Source: the human T2T-CHM13v2.0 reference genome, Homo sapiens. From it: DNA of 64,000 nt. Both the position numbers and the translations under genes were made by a program. Below are positions 37,701 to 48,720 of the stretch, piece after piece. The notes below the pieces were generated by a model that did not search any database, was not told where the DNA came from, and saw only the letters and a program-made list of their open reading frames with translations. The first letter of the stretch is position 1. Each line of letters opens with the position of its first letter. The DNA is taken from NCBI RefSeq assembly GCF_009914755.1, contig NC_060925.1; one strand, given 5' to 3'.

Positions 37701-40700
37701 TTCAGTTATGTGAGTTTTATCCCGTTTCCAACGAAATTCTCAGAGAAGTACAAATATCCACTTGCATATTCTACAAAAAGTGTGTTTTGAAAATGCTCCA
37801 TCAAAAGATATGCTCAGCTCTGTGAGTTAAACTCAATCATCACAAAGAATTTTCTGAGAATGCTTCTGTCTTGTTTTAGGATGAAGTTATTTCCTTTACG
37901 ACGATAGGCCTCAAAGAGGTCCAAATCTCCACTTGCAGATTCTGCAGAAGGAGTGTTTCAAACCTGAACTATCAGAGAAAGGTTCAACACTGTGAGTTGA
38001 ATGCAAGCATCACGAAGAAGGTTCTGAGAATGCTTCTGTTTAGATAGGTGAGTTTTCTCCCGTATCCAACGAAATCCTCAGGGAGGTCCAAATATCCACT
38101 TGCAGATTCTACAGAAAGTGTGTTTTGAAACTGCTCCATCCAAAGGAATGTTCAGCTCTGTGAGTTGAACTCAATCGTCACAAAGTGTTTCCTGGGAATG
38201 CTACTGTCTAGTTTTTATGTGCAGTTATATCCTCTGCTGCCATAGGCCTCAAAGCGGTCCAAATCTCCCCTTTCAGATTCTCCCAAAAGTGTGTTTCCAA
38301 ACGGCTCTATCAAAGGGAATGTTCAAGTCTGTGACTTGAATGCAATCATCACAAAGCAGTTTCTGAGAATGCTTCCATGTAGCTTTTATGAGCAGATATT
38401 TCCTTTTCCACCCCAGGCCTCGAAGCCCTCCAAATGTCCCCTTGCAGATGCTAGAAAGAGAGGGTTTCAAAGCTGCTCTATCAAAAGGAAAGTACAACTC
38501 TGTGAGTTGAATGAAAACATCACAAAGAAGTTCCTGAGCATGCTTCCGTTTAGCTTTTATGGGAAGATTATCCCTTTTCCATCGAAATGTTCAAAGAGGT
38601 CCACATATCCGCTTGCAGATTCCACCGAAAGCGTGTTTCCAACCTGCTGTATCGAAAGGAATCTTCAACTCCGTGAGTTGAATGCAATCATCACAAAGAA
38701 GTTTCTGACAATGCTTCTCTCTAGTTTTTATGTGAAGATATTTCCTTTTCCACCACAGGCCTGAAAGCGCTCCAAATGTCCACTTGGAGACTCTACGAAA
38801 AGAATGTTTCAAAACTGCTCTATGAAAAGCAATGTTATACTCTGGGAGATGAACACAAGCCTCACAAAGTAGTTTCTCAGAATGCTTCTGTTTACTTTTT
38901 ACGTAAAGATATTCCCGTTTCCAAAGAAATCTTCACAGAGTTCCACCTATCCATTTGCAGATGCTAGAAAAAGAGACTTTCAAAACTGCTCTATCAAAAG
39001 GAATGTTCAACTCTGTGAGTTGAAAGCAATCATCACAGTGAAGTTTCTGAGAAGGCTTCTGTCTAGATTTTTTGTGAAGATATACCCGTTTCGAACGAAG
39101 GCCAGAAAGTGCTCCAAATATCCACTTGCAGGTCCTCCAACAAGAGTGTTTCAAACGTGAACTATCAAAGGAAGGTTCAACTCTGGACTTTGAATGCAAA
39201 CGTCAGAAAGATGTTTCTGCGAAAGCTTCTGTTTAGTTAGGTGACGTTATCCCGTTTCCAACGAAATCCTCAGGGAGGTCCAAATATCCACCTGCAGATT
39301 CTGCGAAAAGTGTGTTTCCAAACTGCTCCACCCAAAGGCATGTTCAGCTCTGTGAGTTAAACTCAATCATCACAAAGTATTTTCTGAGAATGCTTCTGTC
39401 CAGTTTTTACATGAAGCTGTTCCCTTTACTACCGTAGGCCTCAAAGCGTTCCAAATCTCCACTTGCAGATACTACGAAAAGAGCATTTCAACCTGAACTC
39501 ACAAGGGAAGGTTCAACTCTGTCAGTTTAATGCCAACATCACAAAGATGTTCTGGGAATGTTTCTCTTCAGTTATGTGAGTTTTATCCCGTTTCCAACGA
39601 AATTCTCAGAGAAGTACAAATATCCACTTGCATATTCTACAAAAAGTGTGTTTTCAAAATGCTCCATCAAAAGATATGCTCAGCTCTGTGAGTTAAACTC
39701 AATCATCACAAAGAATTTTCTGAGAATGCTTCTGTCTTGTCTTAGGATGAAGTTATTTCCTTTACGACGATAGGCCTCAAAGAGGTCCAAATCTCCTCTT
39801 GCAGATTCTGCAGAAGGAGTGTTTCAAACCTGAACTATCAGAGAAAGGTTCAACACTGAGAGTTGAATGCAAGCATCACGAAGAAGGTTCAGAGAATGCT
39901 TCTGTTTAGATAAGTGAATTTTCTCCCTTATCCAACGAAATCCTCAGGGAGGTCCAAATATCCACTTGCAGATTCTACAGAAAGTGTGTTTTGAAACTGC
40001 TCCATCCAAAGGAATGTTCAGCTCTGTGAGTTGAACTCAATCGTCACAAAGTGTTTCCTGGGAATGCTACTGTCTAGTTTTTATGTGCAGTTATATCCGC
40101 TGCTGCCATAGGCCTCAAAGCGGTCCAAATCTCCCCTTTCAGATTCTACCAAAAGTGTGTTTCCAAACGGCTGTATCAAAGGGAATGTTCAACTCTGTGA
40201 CTTGAATGCAATCATCACAAAGCAGTTTCTGAGAATGCTTCCATGTAGCTTTTATGAGAAGATATTTCCTTTTCCACCCCAGGCCTCGAAGCCCTCCAAA
40301 TGTCCCCTTGCAGATGCTAGAAAGAGAGGGTTTCAAAGCTGCTCTATCAAAAGGAAAGTACAACTCTGTGAGTTGAATGCAAACATCACAAAGGAGTTCC
40401 TGAGCATGCTTCCGTTTAGCTTTTATGGGAAGATTATCCCTTTTCGATCGAAATATTCAAAGAGGTCCACATATCCGCTTGCAGATTCCACCGAAAGAGT
40501 GTTTCCAAACTGCTGTATCGAAAGGAATCTTCAACTCCGTGAGTTGAATGCAATCATCACAAAGAAGTTTCTGACAATGCTTCTCTCTAGTTTTTATGTG
40601 AAGATATTTCCTTTTCCACCACAGTCCTGAAAGCGCTCCAAATGTCCACTTGGAGAATCTACGAAAAGAATGTTTCAAAACTGCTCTATGAAAAGCAATG

Positions 40701-43700
40701 TTATACTCTGGGGGTTGAACACAAGCCTCACAAAGGAGTTTCTGAGAATGCTTCTGTTTACTTTTTACGTGAAGATATTCCCGTTTCCTAAGAAATCTTC
40801 ACAGAGTTCCACCTATCCATTTGCAGATGCTAGAAAAAGAGAGTTTCAAAACTGCTCTATCAAAAGGAATGTTCAACTCTGTGAGTTGAATGCAATCATC
40901 ACAGAGAAGTTTCTGAAAAGGCTTCTGTCTAGATTTTTTTGTGAAGATCTACCCGTTTCGAACGAAGGCCACAAAGTGCTCCAAATATCCACTTGCAGGT
41001 CCTCCAACAAGAGTGTTTCAAACGTGAACTATCAAAGGAAGGTTCAACTCTGGACTTTGAATGCAAACGTCAGAAAGATGTTTCTGCGAAAGCTTCTGTT
41101 TAGTTAGGTGACGTTATCCCGTTTCCAACGAAATCCTCAGAGAGGTCCAAATATCCACCTGCAGATTCTGCAAAAAGTGTGTTTCCAAACTGCTCCACCC
41201 AAAGGCATGTTCAGCTCTGTGAGTTAAACTCAATCATCACAAAGTATTTTCTGAGAATGCTTCTGTCCAGTTTTTACATGAAGCTGTTTCCTTTACTACC
41301 GTAGGCCTCAAAGCGTTCCAAATCTCCACTTGCAGATACTACGAAAAGAGCGTTTCAACCTGAACTCACAAGGGAAGGTTCAACTCTGTCAGTTGAATGC
41401 CAACATCACAAAGAAGTTCTGGGAATGTTTCTCTTCAGTTATGTGAGTTTTATCCCGTTTCCAACGAAATTCTCAGAGAAGTACAAATATCCACTTGCAT
41501 ATTCTACAAAAAGTGTGTTTTGAAAACGCTCCATCAAGAGATATGCTCAGCTCTGTGAGTTAAACTCAATCATCACAAAGAATTTTCTGAGAATGCTTCT
41601 GTCTTGTCTTAAGATGAAGTTATTTCCTTTACGACGATAGGCCTCAAAGAGGTCCAAATCTCCTCTTGCAGATTCTGCAGAAGGAGTGTTTCAAACCTGA
41701 ACTATCAGAGAAAGGTTCAACACTGAGAGTTGAATGCAAGCATCACGAAGAAGGTTCTGAGAATGCTTCTGTTTAGATAAGTGAGTTTTCTCCCGTATCC
41801 AACGAAATCCTCAGAGAGGTCCAAATATCCACTTGCAGATTCTACAGAAAGTGTGTTTGGAAACTGCTCCATCCAAAGGAATGTTCAGCTCTGTGAGTTG
41901 AACTCAATCGTCACAAAGTGTTTCCTGGGAATGCTACTGTCTAGTTTTTATGTGCAGTTATATCCTCTGCTGCCATAGGCCTCAAAGCGGTGCTAATCTC
42001 CCCTTTCAGATTCTACCAAAAGTGTGTTTCCAAACGGCTGTATGAAAGGGAATGTTCAACTCTGTGACTTGAATGCAATCATCACAAAGCAGTTTCTGAG
42101 AATGCTTCCATGTAGCTTTTATGAGAAGATATTTCCTTTTCCACCCCAGGCCTCGAAGCCCTCCAAATGTCCCCTTGCAGATGCTAGAAAGAGAGGGTTT
42201 CAAAGCTGCTCTATCAAAAGGAAAGTACAACTCTGTGAGTTGAATGCAAACATCACAAAGAACTTCCTGAGCATGCTTCCGTTTAGCTTTTATGGGAAGA
42301 TTATCCCTTTTCCATCGAAATATTCAAAGAGGTCCACATATCCGCTTGCAGATTCCACCGAAAGAGGGTTTCCAAATTGCTGTATCGAAAGGAATCTTCA
42401 ACTCCGTGAGTTGAATGCAATCATCACAAAGAAGTTTCTGAAAATGCTTCCCTCTAGTTTTTATGTGAAGATATTTCCTTTTCCACCACAGGCCTGAAAG
42501 CGCTCCAAATGTCCACTTGGAGAATCTACGAAAAGAATGTTTCAAAACTGCTCTATGAAAAGCAATGTTATACTCTGGGGGTTGAACACAAGCCTCACAA
42601 AGGAGTTTCTGAGAATGCTTCTGTTTACTTTTTACGTGAAGATATTCCCGTTTCCTAAGAAATCTTCACAGAGTTCCACCTATCCATTTGCAGATGCTAG
42701 AAAAAGAGAGTTTCAAAACTGCTCTATCAAAAGGAATGTTCAACTCTGTGAGTTGAATGCAATCATCACAGAGAAGTTTCTGAAAAGGCTTCTGTCTAGA
42801 TTTTTTTGTGAAGATATACCCGTTTCGAACGAAGGCCACAAAGTGCTCCAAATATCCACTTGCAGGTCCTCCAACAAGAGTGTTTCAAACGTGAACTATC
42901 AAAGGAAGGTTCAACTCTGGACTTTGAATGCAAACGTCAGAAAGATGTTTCTGCGAAAGCTTCTGTTTAGTTAGGTGACGTTATCCCGTTTCCAACGAAA
43001 TCCTCAGAGAGGTCCAAATATCCACCTGCAGATTCTGCAAAAAGTGTGTTTCCAAACTGCTCCACCCAAAGGCATGTTCAGCTCTGTGAGTTAAACTCAA
43101 TCATCACAAAGTATTTTCTGAGAATGCTTCTGTCCAGTTTTTACATGAAGCTGTTTCCTTTACTACCGTAGGCCTCAAAGCGTTCCAAATCTCCACTTGC
43201 AGATACTACGAAAAGAGCGTTTCAACCTGAACTCACAAGGGAAGGTTCAACTCTGTCAGTTGAATGCCAACATCACAAAGAAGTTCTGGGAATGTTTCTC
43301 TTCAGTTATGTGAGTTTTATCCCGTTTCCAACGAAATTCTCAGAGAAGTACAAATATCCACTTGCATATTCTACAAAAAGTGTGTTTTGAAAACGCTCCA
43401 TCAAAAGATATGCTCAGCTCTGTGAGTTAAACTCAATCATCACAAAGAATTTTCTGAGAATGCTTCTGTCTTGTCTTAAGATGAAGTTATTTCCTTTACG
43501 ACGATAGGCCTCAAAGAGGTCCAAATCTCCTCTTGCAGATTCTGCAGAAGGAGTGTTTCAAACCTGAACTATCAGAGAAAGGTTCAACACTGAGAGTTGA
43601 ATGCAAGCATCACGAAGAAGGTTCTGAGAATGCTTCTGTTTAGATAAGTGAGTTTTCTCCCGTATCCAACGAAATCCTCAGAGAGGTCCAAATATCCACT

Positions 43701-46700
43701 TGCAGATTCTACAGAAAGTGTGTTTGGAAACTGCTCCATCCAAAGGAATGTTCAGCTCTGTGAGTTGAACTCAATCGTCACAAAGTGTTTCCTGGGAATG
43801 CTACTGTCTAGTTTTTATGTGCAGTTATATCCTCTGCTGCCATAGGCCTCAAAGCGGTGCTAATCTCCCCTTTCAGATTCTACCAAAAGTGTGTTTCCAA
43901 ACGGCTGTATGAAAGGGAATGTTCAACTCTGTGACTTGAATGCAATCATCACAAAGCAGTTTCTGAGAATGCTTCCATGTAGCTTTTATGAGAAGATATT
44001 TCCTTTTCCACCCCAGGCCTCGAAGCCCTCCAAATGTCCCCTTGCAGATGCTAGAAAGAGAGGGTTTCAAAGCTGCTCTATCAAAAGGAAAGTACAACTC
44101 TGTGAGTTGAATGCAAACATCACAAAGAACTTCCTGAGCATGCTTCCGTTTAGCTTTTATGGGAAGATTATCCCTTTTCCATCGAAATTCTCAAAGAGGT
44201 CCACATATCCGCTTGCAGATTCCACCGAAAAAGGGTTTCCAAATTGCTGTATCGAAAGGAATCTTCAACTCCGTGAGTTGAATGCAATCATCACAAAGAA
44301 GTTTCTGACAATGCTTCTCTCTAGTTTTTATGTGAAGATATTTCCTTTTCCACCACAGGCCTGAAAGCGCTCCAAATGTCCACTTGGAGAATCTACGAAA
44401 AGAATGTTTCAAAACTGCTCTATGAAAAGCAATGTTATACTCTGGGGGTTGAACACAAGCCTCACAAAGGAGTTTCTGAGAATGCTTCTGTTTACTTTTT
44501 ACGTGAAGATATTCCCGTTTCCAAAGAAATCTTCACAGAGTTCCACCTATCCATTTGCAGATGCTAGAAAAAGAGAGTTTCAAAACTGCTCTATCAAAAG
44601 GAATGTTCAACTCTGTGAGTTGAATGCAATCATCACAGAGAAGTTTCTGAGAAGGCTTCTGTCTAGATTTTTTGTGAAGATATACCCGTTTCGAACGAAG
44701 GCCACAAAGTGCTCCAAATATGCACTTGCATGTCCTCCAACAAGAGTGTTTCAAACGTGAACTATCAAAGGAAGGTTCAACTCTGGACTTTGAATGCAAA
44801 CGTCAGAAAGATGTTTCTGCGAAAGCTTCTGTTTAGTTAGGTGACGTTATCCCGTTTCCAACGAAATCCTCAGAGAGGTCCAAATATCCACCTGCAGATT
44901 CTGCAAAAAGTGTGTTTCCAAACTGCTCCACCCAAAGGCATGTTCAGCTCTGTGAGTTAAACTCAATCATCACAAAGTATTTTCTGAGAATGCTTCTGTC
45001 CAGTTTTTACATGAAGCTGTTTCCTTTACTACCGTAGGCCTCAAAGCGTTCCAAATCTCCACTTGCAGATACTACGAAAAGAGCGTTTCAACCTGAACTC
45101 ACAAGGGAAGGTTCAACTCTGTCAGTTGAATGCCAACAGCACAAAGAAGTTCTGGGAATGTTTCTCTTCAGTTATGTGAGTTTTATCCCGTTTCCAACGA
45201 AATTCTCAGAGAAGTACAAATATCCACTTGCGTATTCTACAAAAAGTGTGTTTTGAAAGTGCTCCATCAAAAGATATGCTCAGCTCTGTGAGTTAAACTC
45301 AATCATCACAAAGAATTTTCTGAGAATGCTTCTGTCTTGTTTTAGGATGAAGTTATTTCCTTTACGACGATAGGCCTCAAAGAGGTCCAAATCTCCACTT
45401 GCAGATTCTGCAGAAGGAGTGTTTCAAACCTGAACTATCAGAGAAAGGTTCAACACTGTGAGTTGAATGCAAGCATCACGAAGAAGGTTCTGAGAATGCT
45501 TCTGTTTAGATAAGTGAGTTTTCTCCCGTATCCAACGAAATCCTCAGAGAGGTCCAAATATCCACTTGCAGATTCTACAGAAAGTGTGTTTTGAAACTGC
45601 TCCATCCAAAGGAATGTTCAGCTCTGTGAGTTGAACTCAATCGTCACAAAGTATTTCCTGGGAATGCTACTGTCTAGTTTTTATGTGCAGTTATATCCTC
45701 TGCTGCCATAGGCCTCAAAGCGGTCGAAATCTCCCCTTTCAGATTCTACCAAAAGTGTGTTTCCAAACGGCTCTATCAAAGGGAATGTTCAACTCTGTGA
45801 CTTGAATGCAATCATCACAAAGCAGTTTCTGAGAATGCTTCCATGTAGCTTTTATGAGAAGATATTTCCTTTCGCACCCCAGGCCTCGAAGCCCTCCAAA
45901 TGTCCCCTTGCAGATGCTAGAAAGAGAGGGTTTCAAAGCTGCTCTATCAAAAGGAAAGTAGAACTCTGTGAGTTGAATGCAAACATCACAAAGAAGTTCC
46001 TGAGCATGCTTCCGTTTAGCATTTATGGGAAGATTATCCCTTTTCCATCGAAATATTCAAAGAGGTCCACATATCCGCTTGCAGGTTCCACCGAAAGAGG
46101 GTTTCCAAATTGCTGTATCGAAAGGAATCTTCAACTCCGTGAGTTGAATGCAATCATCACAAAGAAGTTTCTGACAATGCTTCTCTCTAGTTTTTATGTG
46201 AAGATATTTCCTTTTCCACCACAGGCCTGAAAGCGCTCCAAATGTCCACTTGGAGAATCTACGAAAAGAATGTTTCAAAACTGCTCTATGAAAAGCAATG
46301 TTATACTCTGGGGGTTGAACACAAGCCTCACAAAGGAGTTTCTGAGAATGCTTCTGTTTACTTTTTACGTGAAGATATTCCCGTTTCCAAAGAAATCTTC
46401 ACAGAGTTCCACCTATCCATTTGCAGATGCTAGAAAAAGAGAGTTTCAAAACTGCTCTATCAAAAGGAATGTTCAACTCTGTGAGTTGAATGCAATCATC
46501 ACAGAGAAGTTTCTGAGAAGGCTTCTGTCTAGATTTTTTGTGAAGATATACCCGTTTCGAACGAAGGCCACAAAGTGCTCCAAATATGCACTTGCATGTC
46601 CTCCAACAAGAGTGTTTCAAACGTGAACTATCAAAGGAAGGTTCAACTCTGGACTTTGAATGCAAACGTCAGAAAGATGTTTCTGCGAAAGCTTCTGTTT

Positions 46701-48720
46701 AGTTAGGTGACGTTATCCCGTTTCCAACGAAATCCTCAGAGAGGTCCAAATATCCACCTGCAGATTCTGCAAAAAGTGTGTTTCCAAACTGCTCCACCCA
46801 AAGGCATGTTCAGCTCTGTGAGTTAAACTCAATCATCACAAAGTATTTTCTGAGAATGCTTCTGTCCAGTTTTTACATGAAGCTGTTTCCTTTACTACCG
46901 TAGGCCTCAAAGCGTTCCAAATCTCCACTTGCAGATACTACGAAAAGAGCGTTTCAACCTGAACTCACAAGGGAAGGTTCAACTCTGTCAGTTGAATGCC
47001 AACATCACAAAGAAGTTCTGGGAAAGTTTCTCTTCAGTTACGTGAGTTTTATCCCGTTTCCAACGAAATTCTCAGAGAAGTACAAATATCCACTTGCATA
47101 TTCTACAAAAAGTGTGTTTTGAAAATGCTCCATCAAAAGATATGCTCAGCTCTGTGAGTTAAACTCAATCATCACAAAGAATTTTCTGAGAATGCTTCTG
47201 TCTTGTTTTAGGATGAAGTTATTTCCTTTACGACGATAGGCCTCAAAGAGGTCCAAATCTCCACTTGCAGATTCTGCAGAAGGAGTGTTTCAAACCTGAA
47301 CTATCAGAGAAAGGTTCAACACTGTGAGTTGAATGCAAGCATCACGAAGAAGGTTCTGAGAATGCTTCTGTTTAGATAAGTGAGTTTTCTCCCGTATCCA
47401 ACGAAATCCTCAGAGAGGTCCAAATATCCACTTGCAGATTTTACAGAAAGTGTGTTTTGAAACTGCTCCATCCAAAGGAATGTTCAGCTCTGTGAGTTGA
47501 ACTCAATCGTCACAAAGTGTTTCCTGGGAATGCTACTGTCTAGTTTTTATGTGCAGTTATATCCTCTGCTGCCATAGGCCTCAAAGCGGTCCAAATCTCC
47601 CCTTTCAGATTCCACCAAAAGTGTGTTTCCAAACGGCTCTATCAAAGGGAATGCTCAACTCTGTGACTTGAATGCAATCATCACAAAGCAGTTTCTGAGA
47701 ATGCTTCCATGTAGCTTTTATGAGAAGATATTTCCTTTTCCACCCCAGGCCTCGAAGCCCTCCAAATGTCCCCTTGCAGATGCTAGAAAGAGAGGGTTTC
47801 AAAGCTGCTCTATCAGAAGGAAAGTACAACTCTGTGAGTTGAATGAAAACATCACAAAGAAGTTCCTGAGCATGCTTCCGTTTAGCTTTTATGGGAAGAT
47901 TATCCCTTTTCCATCGAAATATTCAAAGAGGTCCACATATCCGCTTGCAGATTCCACCGAAAGAGGGTTTCCAAATTGCTGTATCGAAAGGAATCTTCAA
48001 CTCCGTGAGTTGAATGCAATCATCACAAAGAAGTTTCTGACAATGCTTCTCTCTAGTTTTTATGTGAAGATATTTCCTTTTCCACCACAGGCCTGAAAGC
48101 GCTCCAAATGTCCACTTGGAGAATCTACGAAAAGAATGTTTCAAAACTGCTCTATGAAAAGCAATGTTATACTCTGGGGGTTGAACACAAGCCTCACAAA
48201 CGAGTTTCTGAGAATGCTTCTGTTTACTTTTTACGTGAAGACATTCCCGTTTCCTAAGAAATCTTCACAGAGTTCCACCTATCCATTTCCAGATGCTAGA
48301 AAAAGAGAGTTGCAAAACTGCTCTATCAAAAGGAATGTTCAACTCTGTGAGTTGAATGCAGTCATCACAGAGAAGTTTCTGAGAAGGCTTCTGTGTAGAT
48401 TTTATGTGAAGATATACCCGTTTCGAACGAAGGCCACAAAGTGCTCCAAATATGCACTTGCATGTCCTCCAACAAGAGTGTTTCAAACGTGAACTATCAA
48501 AGGAAGGTTCAACTCTGGACTTTGAATGCAAACGTCAGAAAGATGTTTCTGCGAAAGCTTCTGTTTAGTTAGGTGACGTTATCCCGTTTCCAACGAAATC
48601 CTCAGAGAGGTCCAAATATCCACCTGCAGATTCTGCAAAAAGTGTGTTTCCAAACTGCTCCACCCAAAGGCATGTTCAGCTCTGTGAGTTAAACTCAATC
48701 ATCACAAAGTATTTTCTGAG

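Larger units (their letters stand above)
1..48720 (-). repeat. 11-monomer alpha-satellite HOR array, 1866-bp unit, ~26 copies; probably SF3 D1Z5/pSD1-1 (S3C1H2-type, human chromosome 1)
   Basis: The ORF track repeats at exactly 1866 bp (958, 2824, 4690...), with occasional 1864-1867 units after 25 kb. HindIII AAGCTT at 42 and 48555 spans 26 units. Box positions 69, ~240, 405, ~576, 743, ~914, ~1085, 1256, 1427, 1598, 1769 give 11 monomers. Three consecutive B-type and two consecutive A-type monomers suggest pentameric SF3 rather than dimeric SF1/SF2. The family name rests on recall of a 1.9-kb HindIII 11-mer and is less certain than the structure. Confidence 0.9.

Noticed and set aside
1-48720. 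Assignment to other ~1.87-kb 11-mers (D8Z2, D13Z1/D21Z1)
   Set aside because: Those are dimeric SF2 arrays with largely alternating A/B monomers. Here the B-B-B and A-A runs and the three short monomers fit SF3 better. Not confirmed by database search.
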